Shown here: positions 1-13,842 of the stretch, in pieces
How the letters are laid out: each line of letters starts with the position of its first letter
How positions within the stretch are numbered: position 1 is the stretch's first letter
Origin: Octopus vulgaris
Taxonomy: Eukaryota
DNA length: 64,000 nt
Assembly: GCA_951406725.2 (NCBI GenBank)
Contig: OX597816.1
Span: 77,066,001-77,130,000 of the forward strand
Direction of reading: 5' to 3'
Translations under genes and position numbers: made by a program
The notes under the pieces: generated by a model
What the model was told of the DNA's origin: nothing
The model's database searches: none
The model's input: the letters and a program-made list of their open reading frames with translations, nothing else

Positions 1-56
1 TATGAGTATATATATACCTTTGTATGTATATATGTACATACGTGTATATATATATA

Positions 57-290
57 TCGCCGATGAAGGGATATTATTAATTAATATCCTAGAAACAGCT
101 GTAAGACCTTCTATCTATAAATGCTCTAATATCTATACAGCCTTGGTTTTTTTATCTTATTACGCAATATATATATATATATTAATGTGTCTGGGAAGAG
201 TATTCTCTTTTAGTCCCTTATTATTTAACACACTCAACGGTTCGATTTCCACTCATTTACTTGTCTTGCAACCTTTCCGTAGTCGTTGAC
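57..290 (+). mobile_element. Penelope-like terminal fragment with minimal type I hammerhead-like motif (60-103)
   Basis: CCGATGA, stem ggatatta/taatatcc, then GAAAC-agct-GTA; the core has a U-to-C change and stem I is missing. Confidence 0.5.
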
Positions 291-329
291 TGTCCGTTAT
301 CAGATCTGCGTCCTTTTTTTTGTTTGTTT

Positions 330-800
330 GTGCGCATGTGTGTGCGTCAGTGTATACACATATGTATACATGTATGTATGTATGTATGTATGTATGTATG
401 CATGTATGTATGTGTGTATGTATGTATGTGTGTGTGTATGTACGTGTGTGTATGCATATTTGTGTCTGCATAAATATATATATTCATGCGTGTACGTTTG
501 TATGTATGTATTTTGCATATTCATGTTTGTGTGTTTTTATGTGTGTGTATTTGTATGCATGTGTGTGTTTGTGTGTGTGTGTGTGTGTGTGTATTTCTGC
601 GTGTGCCGCTGTCTCCTTGTGTGTGCATGTTTGTGTGTCTATGAATATGGGTGTGTGTGAATATGCATGTGCGTCTGTTATGTATGGATGTGTGCCTCCA
701 TGTGTCCTTGTGCGTGTGTGTGAAGTGTGCTTGTGTGTATATGGTCATGTGTTTCAGTCTTCATTTGTATATGTATGTGTGTATGTGTGTGTGTGCTTGT
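330..800. repeat. Compound (TATG)n/(TG)n microsatellite tract
   Basis: Direct reading. Similar tracts occur at 14950-15020, 15550-15660, 45905-45980, 48075-48170, 52440-52583, 60495-60553, 61880-62020 and 62410-62930. Confidence 0.95.
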
Positions 801-1309
801 CTGTCCGTATTAGCTATATACGTCTACGTAATAGCCTGCTAACAACTCTACCTCTGTATATATAGAGATTAGTTGCCGAGCAGAAGGGAATGTCACGTTT
901 AAAGTTGTAGAAAGGAGACCGACTAATGACAAACTTAGAGCTTTCTTATCCGGGCTATAAATTTTCATTTGCACTTATTGCCGTACGTGTATCGATCTGT
1001 GAAACGTCAGAATGTTATAAAAGCCGAAAAATGTTGGGGTTGTCTAATGAAGGAAACTAATTGGCACCTTCAAGTTGATTTTGCTTTTTTGTTTAATCTC
1101 TTGACATCAACATTACACACAATCGCGTGTACATATGGCATCTGCAAATACATGCCCACTTACAGAATAATTACAGACATTTGCTTGGATGAGATATGTA
1201 TGCTCGTAACTTAAATGCAAGTATCTCCTTGCATACATGTAAATATATACCTATATTACGCACAGGCACGGCTGTATGGTAAGAAGCTTGCTTCCGGTCG
1301 TTCACTGAG

Positions 1310-2290
1310 GTCAGTGTTGTTATTGATCCGTAAGGAATTTCATCGTTTTATATTGCATTTCTTACTGTTGCATTTTGGGATTGTTATTATTGCTGAATTT
1401 TGTGCTGTTGCTCAGCGTGCCGGGTTATAGAAATTGTTATTTCTTTTTGTAGCCATTCTGGCAATTTTTAAACAAAATATTGAAAAACAAAACGGACTTG
1501 TTAAAGTTGTTTTAGACTTTACGTTTGTGCACCGCTCCCTGCGGGGGTTGGATTTGAATTATTATCAGAAAATTTATAAACTGTTTTTTTGAAAATTATT
1601 ATATGTTTTCCTTGTGGAAAACCGATTTTTGTTATATTTTCTTGTGTAATTAATTTCGGCCGAGCATGTTGGTCGAAATTATACATGAAAAATGCACTCT
1701 CGAAGAGAATAATGTTAACTCTGTTAGGGAGTTTTCCGCGGTTGCCGCTATGGCAACCGAAAACATTGATATTCCTGTAGAGAAACTACAGGAATATCTT
1801 TTCAAGAGAATGAATGGGGAGGATGGAGATATCAAAATATCACTTTCCTTCAAGACGGTTGAAACAGACCGAAAAACAATAATATTTAAATCGTTCTGTC
1901 CAAAAAACAAACGATTTAAACATTTCGAAAAAGAGAAAATTGAAAAACGTCTTGCCTCGATTTGGAAGGACGTAGCGTATATTGCGAGGCCCAACACGTA
2001 TGGCACCGTTGAGGTGCGGTTCGCGTCTGAGGAGAAGGCCCGCGGGTACTCTGTGAGCCCCTTGAAAACAGATGTAGTACTTCTGTCAAACTACATGGGA
2101 AGAAGGACTTCTCGTATAAAGATGACAGAAGTGCCACCAGAAGAAGACCGAGAGAGGTGATGGCCACCCTGTTGTTAAACAGGGCGGACTAAAATCCAAT
2201 TTTTCCAGATTACATGCTCTGCTCTGCAGAATTGGCTCGGGCAGAACATCTCGGCAATCATTTAGGGGACCCAGAAAGACATTGAAATTT
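1310..2290 (+). mobile_element. Decayed LINE ORF1 (gag-like) 5' portion
   Basis: ORF 1666-2160 contains YGTVEVRFASEEKA..NYMGRRTSRIKMTEVP, similar to the relic near 14400 (FATFEVRFNTEEQA..PTYLGRRVTKTKIKDVP); it interrupts a SINE head at about 1264. Confidence 0.6.
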
Positions 2291-4587
2291 TCATCCTACT
2301 CAGTATGTCCATAACACTTTTTTCTACGTCTTTATTCCACCCATTTGGGCAAGTTGATCAACTTATTTATGCTTAGAAGCCTGTCCCTACTTTTCATACT
2401 ATTCAGCATGTCCATAACATATTCATCTACGCCCTAATTTTTGACAAAATAAATCTAGGTATGTTCTAATTGTTCCTTTTATTTATTTATTAGAAGAAAA
2501 TACAAATCCTTAATTCTTAGTCTACAATGATCGCGATAACAGTGACTATAAAAATCTGTAAGACGTTAAGATTTAAATGATGATGGTTAAAAAAACGATG
2601 CTTTCCTTCACAACTTTGCTATCAAGTAGGTGGCCGGTAAATATTTATTGTAAATAAAAAAGAGAAAGAGAAAAAATACATACATACATGCATTAACAAA
2701 CAGACAGACAGAGATTTTGGCCGAGTAATATAACGATTCTTCCGATGCTAAACGTATCATTGATAACTAATATAACGTACGAAGATAAATTGCTTTCATT
2801 ATAGATCTGATTATTATCAATACAACTTGTAATTATAATTATAAACTCCATTATCTAAGGGTGTGTGATAGTAAATTGAGGCAGTAATAAATTTCTATAG
2901 ATAAAATCCTAAGCGCGTTTGCAAGGGTTAATATGTATGCGATCAAATAAACAGGGGTATTGCTTGCTGTGGAAGAGGATAATAACAGTTACATCGAAGA
3001 ATGTCACGAAATAATAAATGCAAGATTTTCGAAATGTGCTTGAAAAATTACACGTGAGTATATTTCTTGTAAAACAACAGTAGAAATACAGCCCTGTTAC
3101 CAATTATCTATACATCTACAATTTTAGAGGTCATAGCTGAAGGAAAGGGAATTTTATTTTGAGTAAAATAGTTAACAATTGTTTGTAGTACAGATAGAAA
3201 ACCTGAAATTTGGGGATAGAATAAAGTCCATTATATCGACCTTAGAACTTTGTTGGTAATATATTAGCTCTGGGAGGATGAAAAGCAACGTTGACCTTGG
3301 CATAATTTGAGCTCAGAATGTAAAGGCCAGAAGAAATACTTCATGGCAATTTGTTTGCCGCTCTAACGGTTCCACCAATTTACTACATTTGTATACAGTT
3401 AATATCAAGAAATCTAAGGCGAAGTAAGAATCTTTTCAGTTGCCTTCACAGATTTTGGAAATTTTTCAAACTTGGTATACTGATGTATTTTTCCACGCTG
3501 AATCCGAATATAGAATTCATTTATTTCCCCCAAAAACAACTGAGGATTTTCAACCGTGTTTCGTGGCCTGCTACCACAACAGCTCATTTATAGGATCCAG
3601 TTAGCTCAAAACATCATAAGGAGGAACCACGTCTGGTTTCGGACCCTACTCTTCTTTATACGTGGCGCCTCCACTCCTTTCGGAGATGTCTTCAGCTCTG
3701 GTGTTGGGTGCATGTCTTCTTTCCCCTTCTTTCTTCTGTTTCCTGGCCTCTTCGATGTAGCGTCAACGAGTGTCAGCGGGCGACTGACTGTCTTGTTAAA
3801 TTTTGATTTAAATACCTGCTGCTAGGCTCCAGTAGGCAGCCCCAGCAAGTTGTCACGTGACACTGTCTCAACTTTAACTGACCAATGAAGGCGCGTAGTC
3901 TTAGCCCACGCATTCTCTAAACGAGACCGTCACCTGTCAATCAGCGAGGCTAATTCAGTGTCAGCTTGTCTCAACTAGTGATGTTATTTTCCTGCCAGCA
4001 TGTTATGACTTTCAAGCCATTTTTGGTCTTCCCGCTTCAGCCATATATAGAAGCTGGCTTTTCGACCGTCTCCTGTACTCTCCTTAATACATAGGTTCAA
4101 ATTTTGATCATGTTTAGTCCAATAGGAAAACAAGAACTGGAAACAGCGCATTTTCTGCGTGATACGTGTCTATCACAAAATAACAGACAGAAATAAAACG
4201 TTTTCAAAATATCACTGGTCGAAACTTGTGGTGATGGTTGCGGTGGTAAAAATATCAGAATACAGCTTTGCTTTTTACTATGAAAATGGGCATCGATGTG
4301 AGATTTATGGTCATGTATATAACGGTGGCTTTTGATTGGCTAAAATTACCCAAATGTTGTAATCTTTAAAAGCTGTTATATTTCTATAATTAATTCACTA
4401 CAAAAATGGATTTCATTTTCATAATTAGCATACAAAAGTAAATTGATAAAACCAAATTTAGAAATTTCAGAGTCATATTTGTGAAGTATTTTCATCTGGG
4501 GTTGTGTGTTGAAATTGAAGCAATTACATCATGTATAAATCATGATAGCCATTTATGAACATAAACATATATACTGTTATACATACA

Positions 4588-4983
4588 GGCGCAAGAATGG
4601 CTGTGTGGTAAGAAGATTGCTTCCCAACCACACGATTCCGGGTCCAGTCCCACTGAGTGGCACCTTCGGCAAGTGTCTTCTACTATAGCCTCGGGCCGAC
4701 CAAAAACTTGTGAGTGGATTTGGTACACGGAAACTGAAAGAAGCCCGTCGTATATATATATGTGTGCGTGTGTGTTTGTGTATTTGTGTGTCTGTGTTTT
4801 TCCCCACTCCCGCCATCGCTTGACAACTGATGTTCCCGTAACATAGCGGTTCAGCGAAACAGATCGATAATATAAGTACTAGGCTTACAAAGAAGAAGTC
4901 CCGGGGTCAATTCGTGGACTAAAAGCTGTGCTCCAGCATAGCCGCAGTCAAATGCCTGAAACAAGTAAAAGAATAAAAGAATA
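4588..4983 (+). mobile_element. tRNA-derived SINE family 1 (internal TA/TG microsatellite)
   Basis: A-box-like tggctgtgtggt, B-box-like ggtccagtccc, tail gaaacaagtaaaagaat. Other copies occur at about 5250, 7370, 9641, 10660, 12684, 14790, 39850, 40415, 45770, 50180, 51905, 52590 and 60740. Confidence 0.88.
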
Positions 4984-5907
4984 GAAATACCTTTATTTTG
5001 TTTCTTAATGGTAATATATATTTTAAAGGAGGCTCTTGTGTCAGGCCAGGACAATGCGAGAAGATACAAAGTAAACTACAAATGGAAAGGGAAAACGGAA
5101 CGAAGTTGCATTTTTACTTATATATTTCTATATTTCGAGGAGAAGATCCCTTCTTCAATTCTTCAGGACATTTAGTACATTACAGTGGTTGTTTGCCATT
5201 ATCTTACCCTGGATTTCAATATATTCAGCGGAAATAATATAACTGGCCCTATGCATAGTTTCCGTCTATAAAATTTCATTCACAAGGTATTGATCAACGT
5301 AAGGCTATGACCCCAGAACTACGTAGCTGCGAGGCAATCTTCTTAACCACACACCCGTACCTGATACTGCAGATAAACTGCCGACCAACAAACATAACGA
5401 AAATAATAAATTAAAAGTAAATATTAAGTAAATAAGAACTGGTGGTTGTTCTGAACCCCATCTCTTCAGCGTAGTCAGTATGTAGATGCCAGTGCAGTAT
5501 AGCTAGAAAAGTCTGCGCGCAAATTCGATTCTTGACTGAACCATTTCACTTTAACCCTCATACTTTTATTTCCCACCGCAGTTTAAAAGATAGGTTCTGC
5601 TACACTGACTTGTCGTTAACACATTACGGGAAGACAAAGGTTTCCATAGTAACCCAGTGATGAATCAAGTCAATGTGAATTTATATTTTAAAGTGTTACT
5701 GCATATGAACAGATCAAATGTAGTAACCGATTTTGTAAAATTAACCTTCATCTAGTTCTGATAATCTGATATCAAACATTTTAAATGATTTATACATGAA
5801 TAACGAAAGCACAAGGGAGAAGGAGAATATATAAGGTCTTACATTGAGATATACTTACGTAGAGATAGCCAAGGAGTAAAAACAATGAAGAAAGAACTAA
5901 AAGATCA

Positions 5908-6782
5908 TTTGAATAAGACGATAGGATACGAGGATACGAGGAAACGGATTACGCTTCGTAATGTTCACAAAGCTCGGTACATTACAAATATTCTTTCAAC
6001 AGGAACGGAATGAAATCGGATATAAATGAATCGAGGACCTTAAAATAAATGTATTCTTCAAATACATGCGCAGATAATTTCGTTATAAAATAGCGTATAC
6101 AGCATGTCAATGAAGCGAGGTCATTTTACATTGACAATGATAAATCTAATGTATAAATGTACTACATACAGCAAAGGGTATTCAAATGTTCATTTTAACA
6201 TTTATCTTCTCCAAAGCTCTTGGATCAATAGTTAGAATTGAAGTTTTCAATGACGTTGTCTCTAAGATTCTGTTCACAAAGGAATATTATAGAGCTTTTT
6301 ATAACTATCTGCATTGTGATAACTTTTCTCTATGTTTCTAGAAAACTCGAGCTGATAATCTCAAATGCAAAAAGAAAACATATGCCTACATATACACAGA
6401 TAGATAGCAAGTGAGATAGATATATATTCATATATAAAACATACATATATGCATATACAAATATACATCCATCTAGATAGATAGATAGATATGTTTCTTT
6501 ATTAGCCACACAGGGCTGCACACAGATAGAACAAATTACAAGGTAGAGCTTTTCTTTTGAATAAGACGATAGGATACGAGGATACGAGGAAACGGATTAC
6601 GCTTCGTAATATTCACAAAGCTCGGTACATTACAAATATTCTTTCAACAGGAACGGAATGAAATCGGATATAAATGAATCGAGGACCTTAAAATAAATGT
6701 ATTCTTCAAATACATGCGCAGATAATTTCGTTATAAAATAGCGTATACAGCATGTCAATGAAGCGAGGTTATTTTACATTGA
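5908..6782 (+). repeat. About 225-bp near-identical direct duplication (5908-6133 and about 6557-6782)
   Basis: tttgaataagacgataggatacgagg...ttttacattga is present twice with about 2 substitutions; the second copy sits inside the LINE fragment. Confidence 0.92.
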
Positions 6783-7071
6783 AAGAAAAGCCTACGGAAA
6801 AGACCACGGTAACCTCGGTCAATGGAGTCACATGTTATTTTTTTTTTTTTTTTTTTTTTGCAAATAAGCAACTCTCTGTTTTCAATTTCTGGGTTCATAG
6901 GATCATGCTCAAGGTGGCTTCGTCATTCATACGTGCCATTCTTGCTACATTCACCCATCTTTTTTTAAAACATTCGCTAGACAAAACTTGCCTCTCTACT
7001 CTTACTTTCCTTTTCAAGTGGTACTTGAAGAAGTTGATGAGAGATTGACCAGAGAGGAAAGTGTTTGTCTC
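6492..7071 (-). mobile_element. Short 3' fragment of a related Tx1-like LINE
   Basis: Minus-strand [40 protein letters not shown] aligns with the C-terminus of the 28770 ORF (ISGSALVTYFRFHLKRKVELEKRCLSACEFDKIWKRVAR). The 3' end reads gccctgtgtggctaataaagaaac. It is flanked by an approximately 63-bp direct repeat. Confidence 0.85.
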
Positions 7072-7127
7072 ATAGATAGATACATATATAAAACATATAT
7101 ATATGCATATACAAATATACATCCATC

Positions 7128-7210
<83 letters not shown>

Positions 7211-7254
7211 GATGGATGGATGGATGGATGGATGGATGGATGGATGGATGGATG

Positions 7255-7320
<66 letters not shown>

Positions 7321-7345
7321 CAGACAGACATACACACACACACAT
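7128..7345. repeat. (GATA)n/(GGAT)n microsatellite
   Basis: Direct reading; also 53196-53268 (GATA), 53348-53440 (CATA) and 61513-61605 (GATA). Confidence 0.97.
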
Positions 7346-8083
7346 ATACATAGGTATGTATATATATTTATTTTTACTTCTTTCAGTCATTGGACAGCAA
7401 CCATGCTGGGACGCCATCTTGAATGGATTAGTCGAACAAATCGACCCCAGGACTTATTTTTTCTTACACCTCGTACTTATTCTATCAGTTTTTAACACTG
7501 TTGGATGTATCACTTTTACGTATTAAACACTTTCCAGGAAGCTGGTATGTACATATTAATTACTTGTAGGGATTCCGCTTTTCGTTACGCGACATAATAT
7601 ACCACCAAGTATATTAAAGGCTTCTGAGTGAATACTACGTCCAACCTGTGTTAGGAGTGTGATTCAGTCACTTTTTGAGATTATCTCTACAGATTTTCTA
7701 TTGAAATTAGAGCCACCGTTGATTTGTTACGACGTTTTGTATCCGAATACGTCTAATGTAAACAGTGCGATCGAAGATGAAAAAATAGGTAAAGGATGCG
7801 CATGCATATTTCAAGAGTTATTGCTCCTACTTCAACACTAAATATATATGAAGGGCTGATTCACATGGCTATACACCTCACTTTAAAAAAAAGGCCGATG
7901 AGACATCAGCGTAGTTACCCTGCTTGTTAGACATAATAGAAAATCACACTCTAAAGACATAGAAAAAGACTAACACTTTGGATAATATATTCCTAAATAA
8001 AGTCATTAAAAAAATCGGAAATCCATGGCTGGGCGTAAGCAAAAACAACAATTTCACCTTAAAAATGAGAACCCTAAACAGAG

Positions 8084-8391
8084 TCGACTGGAGTACACTG
8101 CCCGTCAACAAAAAAAAAAAGAAATATTCATAATGGTCATGGATGGAATGCCTTTGATTATAGCTCTATTTCATGCTAAAGAATAACAGCTACAATATGT
8201 CCTAATGCAAGGTAGCAAGATAGTCATAAAGGCTCGACTAGAGTACACTGCTCCTCACAACATAAAAAAAAGAAATATTCATAATAGTCATGGATGGAAT
8301 GCGTTTGATTACAGGTCTATTTCATGCCAAAGAATAACAGTAATAATATGGCCTCATGCCTATTAAAGATAGCAAGATAGCCATAAAGGCT
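8084..8391 (+). repeat. Tandem duplication of about 150 bp
   Basis: tcgactRgagtacactgc..gaaatattcataatRgtcatggatggaatgc..gcaagatagYcataaaggct occurs twice. Confidence 0.9.
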
Positions 8392-11300
8392 ATAGAATAG
8401 TAAAATGTTTAAACAACGGATGACGTACTTCCCAGTAACCGTATTCCAAGTTCAAATCATATGCAAGTTGACCTGACAGATCAATGAATAGTCAGTATGT
8501 ACTTGTATTGTTAACAAACAATACTAGTTGCTCACAATCAAAGTAAATCACAAGAACGATAGTGTGTCGACTTTCAATATTCCTTTTATGTCTGTGTTTA
8601 TATCCTTCCAGAGTCAGCTTGGTCTCTCATTGGCCCAGTTTCCATAGAGAAAGTGTTGGTGTTAAACTATGAGTTTATTCAATCAATTTCAATCACCTCC
8701 CAATAAATGTAGAGGTTTATTTCTGTAAACTAAAAACAAAAAGCATACCGATATAACAATCACCGAAGATGAAATTTCTACTCTCGGAAAGTAGAGTATA
8801 GTGAAATGGTTCCTGATTCTCGACTGATGTCAGTTCTGTTCTGATCGGTTACACTTATATATGATCATTCCTCTTATTTTCATACCCAATCAAAGAATAA
8901 GTGATCTTAGTGTCCTTTCAAAAGAAGCCAATATTTTTCTTTTCTACTCTAGGCACAAGACCCAAATTTGGCGGGGAGGTCGCCAGTCAATTAGATCGAT
9001 CCCAGCACGCAACTGGTACTTAATTTATCGACCCCCGAAAGGATGAAAGGCAAAGTTAACCTCGGGAAAATTTGAATTCAGAACGTAAAGACAGACGAAG
9101 CCAATATTATTGACCTACGTAAGGTGGTTAGCTGACAGAATCGTTAGCGGCATGTCATGTCTTTAATTGGCTTTTAAAATATTTCCAAAGTCTCCAAACT
9201 GCCAACTACATTTATTCTTTTACTTCTTTCTTTTACTGCGGTCATGCTGGGGCACCGCCTTGAAGAGTCTTAGTCGAGGGCAAGGACAATATGCGACTTC
9301 GTTGAAACAGTCCTTCCCGCAAAGCAAATTAAATAAAATTTTGGATTTTTTGCGGAGGGTGAAAGTGTTAACAAGAACAGGACAGTGAGAAAAAGACCGT
9401 AAAAACAAACAGTGAGGGCTGTTAAGCCAAGACGATAGAAAATTATTATGAACGCTAGGAGGACGAGCTTATGAGAGGAAACAGGTAGAAGCACGTGTTG
9501 TCTTTGGGAAGGAAATGGGCAGAAAGATAGATTCTCTTTCGTCATTTCGTCACGTGTCAGCGACGGAAGAGTCAATGAGGAAGAGTGACAGAGAGAGAAC
9601 GGTGAAGAGAAGAGGAGAAGAATAGGGAAGGGTGGGAGGACAGGCTTCTTTCAGTTTCCGTTTGCCAAATCCACTCACAAGGCTTTGGACGCCCCGGGGA
9701 TATAGTAGAAGACACTTGCCGAAGGTGCCACACAGTGGGACTGGACCTGGAACTATGCTTCTTACCACACAGCGACTCCTGCACTTTTTCTATAATTTCT
9801 ATATTATAAACTTAAGGGTGGGATGATAAATTAAGAACTAAAGGGCTCTCGTTTCTTCAAGAGCACAATGAATTGAAGATGAAAACAGAAAGACTCATTA
9901 TGGTATATAGTTTACAGGTCTGGATCGGGGATGCTCTTGTACACATGTACATTTCATACTGCATAGAAACAAGCCTTTTGACTGATTAGCATAAACTCAC
10001 CAACATGCTCTAATTTCTATAATAAAGACATACTCTTTCATCTCTCCCTCGACCGTTTCTATAGCTGTTACAATGTTATTACTAACTGTTACAGTTAGCT
10101 AGTACCGTATTTGCCAATCTACCGAATAACTCTAACTTGTTTTCCATCTAATAAAACAATTTTTCATTTTTCTCAATTTTCATAAGTAAAACTCAACCCG
10201 TTCGGGCCACGTGCTGAGCACCTTAGCACTAAGTAATGATTAAGGCCACAATAAGTTAAATAATTTATGCATGTTTTTCATTTCCTGAATGAATCCATTT
10301 TATTTTCATTACTGATTTTAGCATATATCTGGAAATAATTTTACATTGTTCGACATATTCTGACAATAATATATCTGCCAAATTTCATTACATTTTGTCT
10401 GTTAAAGACCTTTATGGTTTCGTAATTTATTTCTTGTTTAAACAAAAGAAACACTTAGAATATGTGGTAGTGGATTTTTTCGTCACTCGACGACGAGGGT
10501 TCGGTAGTTTGATCTATTGAATTACATTCGAATTAACGTGTAAATGGCTGGGTATTCCATTGACAGTGTACTCCTATGGTAATTCGCAGATAGAATTAGT
10601 GTGACTGTGTGACAAGATTGTATCTTTAGCATTACAAGTATAGTCCACCTGGTGTATTTCTATGCAGTTTCCGCTAGCTCAATTTCACATAAAAGATGAA
10701 AGGATCCAAGGCTATAGAAAATGGCATTTGCCCAAGATGTCACGCAATGAGATAGAACTTGGGACCATATAGCTTTTAAATGAACTCCTTAAATAGTCGG
10801 TCTTACTGTGTCTTACTGTACCTACACTTTAAATATACAACACAATATAAAAAATCTAATATGAAATTATTTGAGAGTATTATATTCCCTCCTATTAAAC
10901 ATTCAGAACCTTTTTTTTTTACTCGTTATTCTTACCTAATCGAAAGAAGTTAGTTATTTGAGATGACAAGTAATCTAAAAATGAAATAATAACTTCTATA
11001 TTAATCTAAGCCTCCACGAAATAGATGATTTAGCTTAATAATGCATATTCATGCAATAAGTGATATTGCCTCCTTGTAATTAAAACAATCTTGTTTTTAA
11101 TTACGGGTTATATTGTAGTTGCACTTACGCAATGATTTTATTGGTTTCCTTCTTGAAACTAATGCATTTAAAAAATGTAATTCATGTAATATACAAACAA
11201 AATACTTAATCTTGTGTTATAGTCTTCAGTTCATAAATATAGGATTACATTATCAATAAATTGAACCTGTAATTCATTGAAATGTTCTGAAATTTGCTTT

Positions 11301-13361
11301 TCTAGATAAATAATTGTCTTCATACATACTATGCTTTATTCTAGCCTCAGTTTTGTATTGTTGTTTTTTTTGTTTGTTTGTTTGTTGTTTTTTTAGCTTA
11401 ACAACATTTGATTACATGAGCTCTGTAAGAGAATATGTCTTCGTTTTGATAGTTTACAAATTGGTCTTCTGTGTCATGTCACAGCTTCGTTCATTCTAGT
11501 GTCAACAAAAAGTTGGATAGTGATTGTAACAATGCTAAACTTTCACAATACAATGGAATACCCGTCCCTGACAACATTCTTTCAAGAGTGTACATGGAGA
11601 TGTCAGACGGTGACACGGGAGAGAAACAGTTTGAATAGAAGTCCTAAACATATTTCTTATTGTATATTTAAGTGAAATACTCTTCACGCAAGTAGATTAG
11701 TCATGGAACCAAGTAGGCTCTTTAGGAGGTAAATATATTTGAAGGTGTTTGGCAACATGACTTACGGATTATAAACTTGATTGATCAGCGGGTATACAAG
11801 AGGAGATATTGGGAAAATATTCTATTGAAGACAAGTGAATTACTTAAAGTGAAACACACGCACAAGCTCATACACACACGTACATGCATACATATGTATA
11901 CATGCATATATATATACACACATACTGTATATTTATATACATACATTTGTTTATACTAACATAAATAAATAAATATATATGTACATACATACATATGTAT
12001 ATGTATCATAAATATATATATACAAAACATATACATACATACTTTCACACAAATGCATTTTATATAGGGAGAAGGAGATAGAAAGTAAGAGAGAGAGACA
12101 CACACACAGTTATTTGTGTATGTTTTCAACAGACAAAATAATTGCTATTATAATAATGCCGCTTCGAAAAAACCAGAATGTGAAATAACATTTACTGTTA
12201 CATTTGTATTAAATTACAAACAATAATTCTCCACAGAAAAACGGAAATGAAAAGATCATGAACTTCAGTGTATTTCTAAAAGCGGATTACCACGAGAGGT
12301 AAGTTCTTACTTTAATTTCAGTGTAATTCGCATTTAGCAAATCGAAAAACGTTCTTCTTTCTCTAAACAGTATTTCTAAAAAGCTTCGGTGTTTTAGTCA
12401 CAGACTTTTCTTATCATTCTTTTCATTCATAGTTTTCTTTTATCCAACAAATCACGCGTCCTATGTACTTCAGCATACATAGAAACATATATGTAAACAT
12501 AATCAATCATATACATTTTGGCGATAACAATGACACTCCAAAGTGATCGGTCTGAATCGTGTAATTAACAGGTGGGTTGTGTATGTGCTTAAGCTGCAAT
12601 ATGCCATTGGTACAAAGTCAACGGGGTCAACAAAACCAACACTATAAAGCGCTAATTTCAATTCTTACATAGAAATATGAACCGGCCAAGCACGGCTGTG
12701 TGTTAAGAAGTTTATTATCTAACCACACGGTTCCAAGTTCAATCTCACCAATTGGCACCTCGGACAAGTGTCTTCTTCTATAGCTCTGGTCCAACCAAAT
12801 CCTGATGTGTGAATTTGGTAGACGGAAACTTAAAGAAGCCCTTCGTAGATATATGTGTATGCGTGCGTGTGTGCGTGCGTGCGTGCGTGCGTGTGTATGT
12901 GTGTGTACCTTTGCGTTTTCCCATCACCACCTCTTGACAACCGGAACTAATAGCAGAATATTTTCATTCTGAAGCATTAATTTGTTTTGCACTTTTCTTT
13001 GCTTCTTTTTCGTCTTCTCGTCGCTTCTTAAAACTTTTGTCGATACACTGCATCAGCACCAGTTTAGTTCAGCTGTGTGCGCGTATATGTAATTGCTTGT
13101 GTGCGTGTGTATATCTGTTAATCTATGTGCGTATGTCTTTTTTCGTTTTCTTATTTATTATTATTCTTTCCAGACGACATGTCGGAGGAATCAGAAAATG
13201 AGAGGGGAAGAGTATTGGGGGCGATTTATATGTGTTAATGTAGATGCTGTTGCTGTTGTTAGTGCTGGTAGACGGCTGTTTGGATGTGGTGTATAGATTG
13301 TTGGGGAAGAGGGGGTTAGTCTTTTTCTTCATTTCTGGTTTTGGTGCTTTGGTAGCTGTTG

Positions 13362-13842
13362 TCTTCTTCTCCCCCCCAATCAGGACTCACGCCATTAGCC
13401 ACAAAGAATAATTTCTAATTCGTGCCTACTCTAAGCTACTAAGAATGTGTATGGCAACTTGAAGATCCACCCACCACACGCGATAGACTGGCGATTGCAC
13501 GGGCGCGAAAGCTACGTTGTTATCCTTATTCTGTAAACAGTGGCTTTTAACGGGTAGAGAGCTGAACCATCCTGGGGTACAGAGGATTCGCAATCTAGAC
13601 TGGGGTCTGAAAGTTTACCACACCATAGTGGATTACACCATGGTTCCTCTGCTTTGTGGCAGAAGTAGTAAGAAAGAGTGAGAGAAAGTTGTGGTGAAAG
13701 ACTACAGCGGGGTTCACCCTCCCCTCCACCCGCCGGAACCTCGTGGAGCTTAGGTTTTTTTGCCCAATAAACACTCACAATGCCCAGTCTGGGAATCGAA
13801 ACCGCGTTCTTACGACCGTGAGTCCGCTACCCTAACCACTGT
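13362..13842 (-). mobile_element. SINE family 3 (tail Z, ..gctaatggcgtgagtcctgattggg..gaagaag)
   Basis: Same head and body as 27187, third distinct 3' half. Confidence 0.8.

Noticed and set aside
253-865. Many ORFs rich in VC/YM/HT/IY dipeptides (also about 7000, 15450, 52300, 53100 and 61300-62800)
   Set aside because: They are translations of stop-free microsatellites, not genes.
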